DNA of 64,000 nucleotides, from assembly GCA_038087875.1 (NCBI GenBank), contig CM076000.1, forward strand, positions 1,798,001 to 1,862,000. The letters are read 5' to 3'. Made by a program: the position numbers and the translations under genes. Source of the stretch: Malacoraja senta. Its lineage: Eukaryota. Positions 51,026 to 63,635 of this stretch are shown here, one piece after another (position 1 is the stretch's first letter; each line of letters begins with the position of its first letter). The notes beneath the pieces are model-generated. The model did not search any database, had not been told where the DNA came from, and saw only the letters and a list, made by a program, of their open reading frames with translations.

Positions 51026-54000
51026 TATAACATACAAATACAAGTAACATACAAATCTATTGAACAGCAAATTTGCGATCCAGCAAACTTGTGTTGCTGA
51101 ACACAAAGAGCTGCATAAGATTGATGAGGGATTCCCCACTCAAAACGTCATTCATCTTTTTCTCCAGAGATGCTGCCTGGCCGCTGAGTTACTCCAGCAC
51201 TTTGTGTCTATCTATGGTATACACCAGAATCTGCAGTTCTTTGTTTCTACAGCATCTCTGGAGAACATGGATAGGTGACCTTTTGGGTCGGGACCCTTCT
51301 TCATGCTAATTATGGTGGTGGTTGGGGGAGAAGACAGCTGGAAGAGTGGAGGGGCAGGATAAAGCTTGGCAAGTAATGGGTGGATACAGTTGAGAGGAGT
51401 TTTTGATAGACAGATGGTTAGACAAAGGCCAGAGATGAAAAGACAAAAGGTGTGTGATATGGATAGAAGAGTTGCAAAACCTGTTTTGTTTCTAAGTACA
51501 TTTTGTGAATGGCAGATTGACAGACACACAATGCGGCTGAGTGACCTATCAATTTTTCTAGCCATGAAGTATGTGTTACACATGTACAGTGCTTTGCGCC
51601 TTCCAAATTGGACTGATCCTCTACCACATTTCTTTCCCAAAACTTCAAAAGCGACATTAATAATGAAGTTATCTAAGAATGTTCAATGATTTCATTCCAT
51701 TGTTTGATACTGAAAGGTTAGGTCACGTCTGCGGCAACATCAGTGGCAGCCCTCGCACCTTTCCTGTTCTACATCCTCAATCTTGTCATTTTTTCACCAT
51801 GAGGTAGTCATGGCAACTTGCACACCCACACTCAGTGCAGAAGACTTATCAACGGAAAAGTCTTCTCAAAATGAATACAGTAGAACTTTAAATATCTATA
51901 CATGTGTAACATATACTTCATGGTTAAAAATTGTACCACAAAAATAATTAAACAAAATGGATGTCTTTAAAGCAAGATCAACTGAGAACATACCTCGGAC
52001 TTGAATTAAAACATACATCAATCTGTGATGCTAATCAATGGCATAATCAGTATGACCCTGCATGTTGACACGCTCATTTTCCCACTACAAAACAATCTAG
52101 CCCAAATGAAAATTTCACATTCATTCTCAAACACAGTATGACTGATTATATATTGAAAGGGAAATACAGTAGCTGGCACAGACAAGAGGACATGTCATAA
52201 TTCAATCTGTAGATGACAAATCTACAAGTGTTAAATGTATTTTAAAAAACTGTAAAATGTACGGCAGCTGATTTCTTTGGTAGTAATAGTCATCGTCTTC
52301 ATGGTGATGTGATATTACAGGTAAAAATATTTAAGTGATGGAAATATAATTCATTTTTGATTTGTTTAATGCTGCAAAGCATTCTCTGTGTCAATATGAT
52401 GAATGCACCTTTTAGAGAGTTAGCAGTGTATAATAGCATGGCACCACTCCTGCTTAACTTCATATGTGGTCATTGGTCACACTAGTGTAATCTTGTTAGG
52501 AAGTGTTCCATCAAGGCATTTGTTGTCGATCAAATATAACATTCTGAAAGAGTGCAAAAGGATCAAATCTTGGGCTAATCTGTTCTTGTTTGACAAAGCT
52601 TTAAAACAAGAGCAGAGATTTTTATACATCTTCACACATATGATACTTTTATATAATTTTTCATCTTCCAGCATTGATTTCATGGTTATTTATCTGATGC
52701 TTGTGAATGAAAATAAAACCAATTCTCAAAAATACAGTCAACAGAGAACATACTTTAGACTTTTAAATAAAATTGCAATATGGTGGTAGACTTTTGGGCA
52801 GGAGGGTAACTTTCTTTCAGTTACAGGAATACCACAATTACACAATGCAGATGACAGAGACACAAATAGCAACTTGTATCATGGCACCACTTATAAAAGA
52901 ATGAACTTGTACAAATAGAGTATGTTTTTATCATAACTACATCACAAGATGCTTCACAATCAAATAATATACATTTGGACCGATAGATGAATGGGAAAGG
53001 ATTAGAAGTATTAGGGCCAAATGCAAGCAAATGTGTCTAGTCCAGAATGTTAACTTGGTCAATATGGATTAGTTGGGCCACAGAGCCTATTTCCATGCTG
53101 TGTAGCTCCAATATTATACCTCCAAATTCTATTTTTAGAAAGGGATGCACCAACAAATGTATAAAATACTGCAACAATTTTCATGCATTTATTTCCTCTA
53201 ACATCAATGAGATAAAGATTAGAAAACCTTGGAAATGTTGTCCTAAGTGTAAACATTGGACAATGCACCGGATGGCACTGGGAGTGAGCTGTCATATTCT
53301 TTGAAGATTGCCACAGCCACTCAGTACGCAAACAGGATCTTGGCTTAGCATCTCATCTGAATGATGACATTGTTGATTATCTTGTGCTCCCACAGTGCTG
53401 CATTGAAATAACAGCTTGGAACAGATATTAGGAAAAAGAAAAATCTTACAACTCAACCTGAAAAACGATCCAAGTGTACCCACATTCCACCAAATTCCCA
53501 TTTTGGATATATTGATTGTACTTGTGTGTAATAGATTCAACATTAAATGCTTTGAAATATTACTATTTTGTGCCAAAATAACGCACATTGCATGCTACAA
53601 ATCAAAAGTAACTTTGCCTAATTTAATTAATTAATCCCTTAATTCCAATTTCACTGTTACTCATTACTTCGCTGCAATCAATCATCTTCTAACTCATGAT
53701 TCTCCTGATTTACCCAAACAAGGATGGTGGCAAATTGGAAAGTGGCTTCGTTTTAGAGCTTATTTTGCACATGAAACAACGTTCCTCAAACAATTAATTG
53801 TTACCTGATGGAACATATGCTTCTGGTCTTAATGTTACAATATGGGAATCATTCAAAGCAAAAGTGAATTAAATGCACAAACAAGACTTTACTTAAATAA
53901 TTTCCTTCTGTCATTAGGAAGCTTAGAAAATTAAAAACATTATTTAAAACCCGAAGCTGCTTTTTATCTGTTCTATGCAATCTGCACTATTTTCACACAC

Positions 54001-54716
54001 ATAATGAATACTTGTAGTAATATTTCAACTGTTCCATTTAAAATGTATTGCATTCAAGTACAATCAACAAATCAATACCTGGTAAGAGGTGTATAATATT
54101 AGATTAAAATAGTTACTATTGTTTAAGCTTCTTTGAAAGAAATCTAGTAGGCATTGGAAGAAGTCTAGTTTGGTTAAAATCTAAATATTATTATACAGTA
54201 CCTTTGTCCAACTTATCAATCAAGAGAAGGGAAATGTTCCCCTTAGCAACCCCCTCTATGCAACTGACAGAAACACTTTTGTCAATGAGAATGGCAAGAC
54301 AGTTGAAATATATGTTGTTAATTGACTTAGTCCATTGCACCAATGAATTTTTTTAACATCCACTTTTAAAAGGACAGAATTGAAAGGAATAGGAAATGAT
54401 TTAAGTAAATTCAAATTTGATTTATTGAACTGATACCACTTCTTCCAGATCTGAGAACAGAACAATGTTCTAATAAAACACCATTCCAAAGCTCAATTGC
54501 AATACCGGTATTTTGAAGGGCCGTGTCATAACAAACAAAAATATGTATGCGTTAGACTATTCTTTCCACAAGAAGAATCCAGTACTCAATGAGGTGATAA
54601 ATCACTTGTGAAGAATTGAAAAGATGATGAATTTGGTTATATTTAGAAAACGTAGCATGATCCACACCAGGATAGAAAATAGGAAGATACAAATCTAATG
54701 GAACAAATAGGCTCAC

Positions 54717-54737
54717 CTGCAAGATGTGTTTCATCAT
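54717..54737 (-). CDS. MICU2: Candidate 21-nt in-frame microexon of MICU2 (adds DDETHLA)
   Basis: ttaac branch-like motif, then tttttgttttgttttgctttatttccttag|ATGATGAAACACATCTTGCAG|gtgagc. Length is divisible by 3 and it is open in phase 1, the phase of the flanking exons. Confidence 0.55.
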
Positions 54738-55663
54738 CTAAGGAAATAAAGCAAAACAAAACAAAAATGTTAATACAATGAATGATTTTATTTAAAATGT
54801 TGTGTTCAACATAGTGAACAATTTGTTTTTACTCTTCATGACAAATATATTCATATTATACATTCAAGTTAGATACCCAATTGTTGATAATTACAAGCTA
54901 CCTTAACTTGCAGGGTATACAGTTATTATTCTGCAAATATCATATTCCTCAAGGAATAGCAGAAGGCAATTAGTCTCTATTAGGTACGTTAGTCTCTATT
55001 GTTAACATATTATTGTAACAGTTGTTGATGAGGCTTAAAGAATGTCATATACTTTCAAAGCATGACGGGGTAAGATATGAACATGCAATTACAGGTTACA
55101 ATTGATAATATGTAGTCAGAAATTTACTGGAGCTATTTAGTAAGGCAGCCTTTAATATTTATTGGATGAGCACAACGAATAACAAATCTAGAACAAGAAT
55201 GATAACTTTTCCATCTTAAACCCCTGGAAAGATTTGAAGAGTTAAGTAAATTAATGGATGAAGGTTATCAATTGATAAACATTAGGATTCGGAAAGCTTT
55301 TCACAATATATCACATGATATCAAAACACTTTTCTTAAATTAACACACAATTTAGCTAGCGAAATTGAAAATCATTTAAATATAGAAAACAGACAATGCA
55401 GAAAAAACAGCTGCTTGGACTTATGTGAATGCAAATTCATGACAGTTTCAGAATTTTTCTAGACAAATTATGGAAATAAAAATAGATGTCAGTTAGTTAC
55501 CACAAAGAATTTCACTGCATCTAGGTACTTATGACTATAAAGTACCTTGGAATGTTATTAGGTTGTTGTAAAACACAACTGTTTCAATATTATCTTTTCA
55601 GGGGAAGACCCAACATGGAATCACAGAAAACTCACACCATGGGGGCATTCGGTCCATTTTAAT

Positions 55664-55970
55664 GGCAGCACAGTGGCGCAGCGGTAGAGTTGCTGCCTTT
55701 CAAGGCCATAGACAGCTTCGATCCTGTCTATGGGCGCTGTCTGTATGGAGTTTGTACGTTCTCCCTGTGACCACCATATTTTCTCCGTGTGCTTTGGTTT
55801 CCTCCCACACACCAAAAACGTACAGGTTTGTCCGTTAATTGGCTTCGGTAAAATTGCAAATTGTCCCTAGTACATGCAGGATAATGCTAGTGTACGGGAT
55901 GATCGCTGAACGGCACGGACTCGTTGGGCCAAATGGTCTGTTTCTACGCTGCAATCCCTGAAGTTTAAAG
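55664..55970 (+). mobile_element. HE1-like V-SINE
   Basis: ggcagcacagtggcgcagcggtagagttgctgcc head and V-domain. Confidence 0.85.
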
Positions 55971-56900
55971 TTTTGTCCAATCCTCATCCTAACCCTACTC
56001 TCTAGCCCTTGACCCATAATCCTGCAGGTCATGGCTCCTCAAGTACATCCAGGCACTGTTTAAATGTGGTGAGAGGCTGAGCCTTGAACACTTTTTCTGA
56101 TGGAGAATTCCTGACCCCCAACTAATAGTTTTTATAATTACTTTAAAATCTAAGCCCTGCAGTGTTTGATCCCTGTACACGATGACCGGATGTTTCTTTT
56201 AAGTCTAGCCAGCCCTTGTTGTAGCTGCTGGCTATCAATTTTCAGCTCAATAATTAATAAGATTATGATTTTGACACCATTCCTCTTATTGGTAAAGACC
56301 ACTGCAAATAAACAGTTAGCCTGGATTTTGTTGTGTTTTTGGCACCAGTTTTACATGAAACTGCTGTCAGTTCACAATGCGGAAGCTGATAACTGCCACT
56401 GTTCCTCTACTGACATGAACCTTTAGCTCGTTTACTCAGTCCACTTTAGCCAACAGCTTCCTCATGTTGTTGTTGCAGGAAAACAAAGGTGCAGTAAGTG
56501 GGCTGGGGTCTTGCCTCCCGTGCCCCCGAAGACATTCTGGATGCTCCGAGGTCAGCTATGGGAGGTGCCTGAGGGCAGAGACTGAACGATGGCCACGTGA
56601 GGCCAGGGGCAGCGTGTTCATGTGTCGCCGTGTCCAGATAAAGGCATCGGTGGTATGGGCCGCTGGAGGCCTTGTAGAGCCTGGGACTCGGTTGGATTAG
56701 ACGCTGCTCCCAGAGGCCAAGCGCTGGGATTGGACACGTCCTACAGCGGCGGAGCAAAGATAGAGGACATCGACATCCTGCAACTCTGACTCAGTGCCAC
56801 CGCCAAGACAACGGGCCTTTATGGCCAAATTAAGACACTACATTTTTAACAACTTTAGACTTGAAATACAAAATGGGGCCATATCTGTGGTTATTCTTGT

Positions 56901-57028
56901 TTAAGAAGGAACTGCAGATGCTGGAAAAATCGAAGGTAGACAAAAATGCTGGAGAAACTCAGCGGGTGAGGCAGCATCTATGGAGCGAAGGAATAGGTGA
57001 CTTTTCGGGTCGAGACCCTTCTTCTTCC
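56901..57028 (-). mobile_element. Short PLE-type module (subfamily B) with 11-bp TSD
   Basis: TSD gttattcttgt at 56890-56900 and 57029-57039. Confidence 0.8.
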
Positions 57029-57549
57029 GTTATTCTTGTGTACTGTCTCAGTGTTATCCACTGTTCTTACACTCTTGAACTTAAGTATGATTGTGCCTGT
57101 ATATTAAGATTTTTACTGAACTGAATGCAAAAAAGGAATTTCACTGTACCTAGGTACGTTACAATAAAGTACCATTGATTGCCTTTATTCAAATTGAAGA
57201 TACTGCTTAGATATTGCTATGATATTCATCCTCAAATTGCATTTAGAATTTATAATATTGTAATCACTACCCCATTGGCAATTTTCAACTACAAGATCCC
57301 TTATTAATCCTTCAAGAACCCAGCAGATCAGGTAGCATCTGTGGAAGGAAATAGGCAGACAACATTTTGGGTTGTGATCCTTTTTCTGACTGACTGAAGT
57401 ATGGGGGAGAAAGCTGGAAAAGAGAAGTGGGGCACGACATAACCTGGCAAGTGATAGGTGGTTACAGGTGAGGGGTGACTGGCAGATGAGTGGAATAAGT
57501 GACAAAGGCTAGAAATGAAGTGTAGACCAAAGCGAGTCAGACAAAAAGG

Positions 57550-57760
57550 AAGGTAGACAAAAGTGCTGGAGAAACTCAGTGGGTACAGCAGCATCTATGG
57601 AGCGAAGGAAATAGGCAATGTTTCAGGCCGAAACCCTTCTTCAGTTTCGGCCAGAAACGTTGCCCATTTCCTTCGCTCCATAGATGCTGCTGCACCCGCT
57701 GAGTTTCTCCAGCACTTTTGTCTACCTTCGATTTTCCAGCATCTGCAGTTCCTTCTTAAA
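57550..57760. mobile_element. Fold-back PLE-type module (subfamily B)
   Basis: Near-perfect inverted arms gaaggtagacaaaagtgctggagaaactcag... / ...ctgagtttctccagcacttttgtctaccttc. Confidence 0.82.
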
Positions 57761-58144
57761 TAGACAACAAGGAATTGGGAGTTAAAATGGTTAGTAACGG
57801 GGAGCTCCAGCAGGCCTTGGTGGATGTAGGGATTATATCATAATCTTGTGTTATCTATGCAATCAACTCATCTATCTTGTTGCAAATGCTTCACACAATA
57901 AAATAACTAAAATTAAGCTTTGATTTTTTTCTATGGATATTCACAACTCTGGATTTGATCTGATTTGTATATCTTTGTGTTTATCTTCTGCTTTATCGCA
58001 CACTTTTTCTACCTTTTACTTAACCCTTCTATTCAGGATTAATTTATCTTCACTTCCAAGAAAATTGCCCTGTTTTCTGCAGGGACTGTTGCTGGTTCTG
58101 TGAATGGAAAGACTCAAATCCACTGGTATCCAGATATATAATAT

Positions 58145-58445
58145 CACAGTGAGGCAGCTGGTACAGTTGCTGTCACACAGAACCTGAGACCGGGTTCGAT
58201 CCTGACCTCTGGTGCTGTCTGTAAGGAGTTTGCACGTTCTCCCTGTTACTGCATGGGTTTCCTCCAGGTGCCCGGTTGCCTCCTGCATCCCAAAGATGTG
58301 CAGGTTTGTAGGTTAATTGGCCCCAGTGTGTAGGGAGTGGATACGAACGTGGAGTAACATAGAACTAGCGATTGATGGCGAGTGATAGTGTGGACTCGGT
58401 GGGCCAAAGGGCCTGTTTCCATGCTGCATCTCAATTAAACTAAAT
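58145..58445 (+). mobile_element. HE1-like V-SINE
   Basis: B box gggttcgatcc, V-domain, tail. Confidence 0.82.
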
Positions 58446-59167
58446 TCCTGTTGATTGCCTGGACCAGATGATTTCATTCTTTACATCCCCAAGAAATGGA
58501 GATCCAGCAGCTGTTATGTTTCTGACTGTAAATAGTTTGCCGCTGATTTAAATTTCTTATTAATTGCCGTTTCTGGGGAAAAAACAGTTAAGCTCTTTAA
58601 CAGAAAGAAATCAGGGTTCTAATGAGAGTTGCTGACCTAAAACACTGTCTGTCTCTACATCTGCTGCCTTACTTGCAGAATGCTTTTAGCATTTATTTTT
58701 TTAAACTACTTTTCTATTTTCTACAGCAGTTAAAGGATTGCAGGCTGCAGCAATAGGACTCTTCCAAGCACAAAATAGGGAAGGTTCAGCAAAGATTTCT
58801 CTGTAACACTAAACGGTCAAAATTGCAAAACGAACTGCTGTTATTTGGCAAAAACAATATCAGGAACATGGGAAATTTTACAGAGATGCCAGTTGGCTCA
58901 AGAGTTTTTTGTTATCTCAATAACATCTCCAATCACTGCACCGCAGTCCTCAATCCAGTTGTTTCTTGAACACATTTATATTGTGATTCCATGTTCTGTT
59001 TTGGTAATTAATTCCATCTGAATTATTACTGTTGTGAAACAGTTCTGTTGAAATTGAATTCCAACTTTTCAATTACTAAACTATATCCCCTCATTTATGA
59101 ATTGAGGGTGAACAATTTATAATATCTATTAGATTACATAGTAATTGCTATGATATTTTGAATTTAC

Positions 59168-59324
59168 CATCCTTGGCTTCCATAATCACAGAGAACATAA
59201 AATCCCTAGGAGTCATATATAATTCCCCTTCGTACTCCATTGAGGCAAATTGTTTGAAACGTTGTTTACGACTTCCGGCGAACCCATAATCTTCTCTGGT
59301 TTCTTCTTTATGCAGACTTGGGTC
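59168..59324 (-). CDS. MICU2: MICU2 coding exon (equivalent to human exon 2), 157 nt, phase 0 to 1
   Basis: Acceptor tttttcttcaag, donor gtaaat. Translates DPSLHKEETREDYGFAGSRKQRFKQFASMEYEGELYMTPRDFMFSVIMEAKD, which matches my recollection of human MICU2 (RKQRFMQFSSLEHEGEYYMTPRDFLFSVMFE). Too short to appear in the ORF track. Confidence 0.93.
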
Positions 59325-59551
59325 CTTGAAGAAAAATATTTTGCATTAATATTAAATAAACCTGGGATCCAAGTTAAGCCTAATGAAAAAATGCAATGTT
59401 ATCGAGCAACATAAATTAATCAAAAAACTAAAAGAGCAATCAAATGATTTGGGTAGGAAGGAACTGCAGATGCTGGTTTATACAGAGGATAGAGACATCT
59501 CTGGAGAAAAGGAATAGGAGATGTTACGGGTTGGAACCCTTCCTCACACTC

Positions 59552-59695
59552 TAGGCTCAAACAATCCCGACATTATCATCAAACCCGCCAACAAGGGAGG
59601 TGCCGTTGTAGTCTGGCGAGCTGACCTCTACTGGGCTGAGCTCTCAGACACCTCTTTGTACTTACCCTAGGATCATAACCCCAGAGATGAGCACG
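59552..59695 (+). mobile_element. PLE RT N-terminal fragment sandwiched between inverted pLTR-type arms
   Basis: Reads NNPDIIIKPANKGGAVVVWRADLYW (the PLE K.ADKG motif). Arms at about 59452-59550 and 59708-59782. Confidence 0.7.
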
Positions 59696-60902
59696 GCCAA
59701 ATTAAATGATCTGAGGAAGGATTCCGACCTGAAACATCACCTATTCCTTTTCTCCAGAGATGCTGCCTGACTCGCTGAGTTAATCAAGTGATTTGTGGTG
59801 TTGATTCCTCTTTCAAATAATCACAGTATACCAAATATATTTGAGCTGCATAAGTGGAGGGCACTGGAGGAGCAGTAATGGAGAGAGAGAAGAGGAAATT
59901 AGAGAACAAAAGTGCAGGGAGAGGGGCGACAAGGTGATGTGGTGGAAACACAAGGAACTGCTGGTGGTGGAATCTTGTGCAGAACACAAAGTGCTGGAAT
60001 AACTGAGCGGGTCAGGCATCTTCTTTGGAGAAACATGGATATGTGATGTTTCGGGTCAGGACCCAGCTGGGGTAGAAATGGGGGAGGTGTGACTGTTCGA
60101 CCAAGTTATTGACAGAGATGCAGGCAGTGAAACCAACTGAGCTCTGGCTTTCAATCATGCAGCATAGACTAGGTTTCGTGTCCGGGAGAGATTGGTACTT
60201 CACTGCATCTCCCTCTCTCCCATCTCTCTGGTGCTCCTGTTGATTCCACAATCCAAACTCAACATGGTTCTCCAGACAGCAAGAGTTGGAGGATCAACCG
60301 TAACAGACAGACAGCGTGGGGTCTGACATCTGAGGCAAAATGCCCAGTCATCTATCAGGTGAAAGCAAATCGAATTCAATTTACCCATCCCCCCCAATTA
60401 GGACTTACAATTAACCTATTAATTTGTAAATGCCTTAATTTCATGCATTAACAGCAATTATCTGGCAGCTCTAGTTTTCATACTCCTTATCATCAATGGG
60501 TGCTAGGTCAAAAGTGATCCATAAAAGGCCTTCCTAGGCATGCTCATGTGATGGAGAATAAACTTTACACCTGGTTCTTGGACGGGGTTAAAGAGGTTGA
60601 TATGGGTCCCGTAGACTTTGCCATAGTTTGGATGTGAAGTGTCTGACAGGACGTGGGTTTGTGATGTATGAGGTAGGACAGTCGTTATATCTCTGTGTCT
60701 CTATGCTCTGCAGTCAGGGACTTATGGTAATCGGTGTGTAGAAAGGAACTGCAGATGCCGGTTTATACCGAAGACAGCCACAAAGTGCTGGAGTAACTTA
60801 GCGGGTCAGGCAGTATCTCTGGAGGAAAAGGATGGGTGATGTTTCAGGGTCGGGGTTCTTGGTGCTCTTTTTCCTGATTAGTCCGAAATTGTGCAGAACT
60901 AC

Positions 60903-60987
60903 TGTCTAATCCTAATGTATTTATTTTGATGATCTTTAGAAAGGTGCTTTCTAAAGATCATCAAAATAAATACATTAGGATTAGACA
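60903..60987. repeat. Perfect 41-bp inverted repeat with 3-nt loop
   Basis: tgtctaatcctaatgtatttattttgatgatctttagaaag-gtg-ctttctaaagatcatcaaaataaatacattaggattagaca. Confidence 0.95.
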
Positions 60988-61085
60988 TCTGGACTCAGTA
61001 TAGTCGTTTCTGAATCCTCAATCCAGGCATGTGTTTGATTTTGTGGACTATATCCTCCTAAATCTGTCCTATCCATATACCTGTT

Positions 61086-61311
61086 AAAGAAGGAACTGCA
61101 GATGCTGGAAAATCGAAGGTACACAAAAATGCTGGAGAAACTCAGCGGGTGCAGCAGCATCTATGGAGCGAAGGAAATAGGCAACGTTTCAGGCCGAAAC
61201 CCTTCTTCAGACTGGGCAGTCTGAAGAAGGGTTTCGGCCCGAAACGTTGCCTATTTCCTTCGCTCCATAGATGCTGCTGCACCCGCTGAGTTTATCCAGC
61301 ATTTTTGTGTA
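61086..61311. mobile_element. Fold-back PLE-type module (subfamily B) with 18-bp TSD and best-preserved hammerhead core
   Basis: TSD cctatccatatacctgtt (61068-61085, 61312-61329). CTGAAGA-a-GGGT-TTCG-GCCC-GAAAC-GTT at 61221. Confidence 0.88.
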
Positions 61312-62404
61312 CCTATCCATATACCTGTTGAATTGTTTCTTAAATGTTGCAATACCTTCTCTAGCAGCTCGTTCCATACACCCACCACCATTTGTATGAA
61401 AACGTTACCCCTCAGGTTCCTATTAAATCCTTCCCCCGTCACTTTAAACCTATGTCCTCTGGTTCTCGAATTCCCTACTCTGGGCAAGAGACTACCCAAT
61501 CGTGCATCTGCTCAATCTATTCCTTTCATGAGATATGGTTCCAGTTTACGTTATTTCTCCTTGCACGGAGGATTAACATAGATGTTAGATCCTTTCTGAG
61601 GATGGCATAAATAGGGTAGACAGTCAGAGCCTGGCATAGACAGGATACAGCCACAACTGTTTTTTCACCAGGATGGAAATATCTATACCAAAGGACATAG
61701 CTTTAAGGTGAGAGGTGCAAAAATGTAAAGAGATGTGTGGGGTAAGTTTATTTTTTACAGAGGGTGATGGTGGAGGCAGATACAATAGTGGCAATTAAGA
61801 TGCTTTTGGATAGGCACATGGATATGCAGAGAATGGAGAGATATGGAATACATGCAGGCAGATAAGAGCTAGTCTTGGCATTATGTTCAGTTCAGTTCAG
61901 TTTTATTTGTCATATGTAGGTTAACACAGGGTCAACGGTTCAATTAAATGTTTTTGACAAGCCAACAGGTCACCTCAGCAATGCTATTACAGCATTACAA
62001 TGATATGTTCAGCACAGACTGTGGGTCGGATGGCCTATTCCTGCGCTGCACTGTTCTATGTTCTATCGTTGAGAGACTTTGAGGTATTGACTATTTTCCT
62101 GACTGCCCCAGATGTATATATCATCAGTATTTCAGTTATGCTTCATTATTTATTGATCTTTCAAGTTTGGATTATCAGCAAATATTCACACTGGGGAAAA
62201 TGAGAGTTTAACTTAATGCAAATCAAATGGAGGGTTTCACATGCATGGGAGAAATTGCCAACTGTTGTTTATATAAGTTGATATATTTTTAGCACTAACT
62301 TCACAGTTTGTTCTTGGACATATGTCACAACATATTTACAGTTGTAGAATTTCAACCATCATTTAATCAACATGCGAGGTATATATTCACTGGTTAGACA
62401 TTGT

Positions 62405-62690
62405 GGATACAGCGCAGAAACAGGCCCTTCTGTCCACCGAGTCCACGCTGACCAGCAATCCCCATACACCAGCACTACCCTACACACTAGGGACAATTTA
62501 CAGAAGCCAATCAACCTACAAACCTGTACATCTTTGGAGTGTAGGAGAAAACCAGAGCATACGGAGAAAACCCACGCAGTCACAAGGACGACGTACAAAT
62601 TCCGTACAGACAGCACCAGTAGTCGAGATCGAATCTGGGTCTCTGGCGCGGTGAGGCAGCAACTCTACCGCTGCACCACTGCGTCACCTC
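62405..62690 (-). mobile_element. HE1-like V-SINE
   Basis: Reverse-complement consensus. Confidence 0.85.
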
Positions 62691-63314
62691 CCGTTAAATA
62701 TGTTCCAAGTTGACAAATTCCCTACATACTGTACAAAAGTATTTAAAGTAGATCTACACTTTCATACCAGCATATTCTGATCAGTGAAGATATAAAAACC
62801 TTGTAATTTATAACTGCTCCCAAGCTAAATATATTGGGTCACTCTCTACATACTAATATGCATCGATAAATAATGTGGTAATCTGACTGCATTTCCTATC
62901 CTGGCTAATTTTGATGGGATAAATAGAAGGAAGGAGTTCCCATTAGCAGATGGTTTAAAGACTGGGGCCACAGGGTTGAAATTTTAGGGAAATGTTTAAA
63001 CGTTTTTTCTCGACACACTGATCGTAGTTTTGATCTGGAAAATCACCACCAACCAGAGTTTTGGAAGAGAACTCCCAACTCCCAGGCACTTGGGAGAGAA
63101 ACATCGGCAAGGTTATGGGGGGAAAAAAGATAAATAAGCCTGACCAGCTGAGTTTCTCCAACACTTTGTTGTTTTCTACTCAAGATTCCAGCATCTGCAG
63201 ATTCTTGTGTCTCTAGGTAAATAAGACTGATGGTTTGTTTTACTAGGAACTAGTCTGATGATTGAAACTGAAATGGTTGCAAAAACCTAAAACCTGTGTC
63301 AAATACGTCCTAGG

Positions 63315-63635
63315 CAGGCACAAAATACTGGAGAAACTCAACGGGTGAGGCAGCATCTATGGAGAGAAAGAATTGGCGACGTTTTGAGTTGAGACCCTTC
63401 TTCAGACTGATGTCGGGGGTGGGGGGGATATAACAAAGAAAGAATGTAGGCGGAGACAGTGGGACTAGTGGGAGAACTGGGAAGGTGGGGGGGGGGGGGT
63501 TGGGGAACGAAGAGAGAGCAAGGGCCACCTGAAGTTAGAGAAGTCAATGTTCATACCGCTGGGGTGCAAACTACCCAAGCGAAATATAAAGTGATGTTCC
63601 TCCAATTTGCGCTGGGCTTCACTCTGACAATGGAA
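63315..63635 (-). mobile_element. PLE 3' end with pLTR
   Basis: Minus strand encodes ..EAQRKLEEHHFIFRLGSLHPSGMNIDFSNFR, followed by ctgaagaagggtctcaactcaaaacgtc and the module tail. Confidence 0.85.

Noticed and set aside
52255..52326. Coding-looking stretch (HHHEDDDYYYQRNQL on minus; CAG|GTAAAA on plus)
   Set aside because: Lacks a matched acceptor/donor pair on the MICU2 strand and has no recognisable homology.
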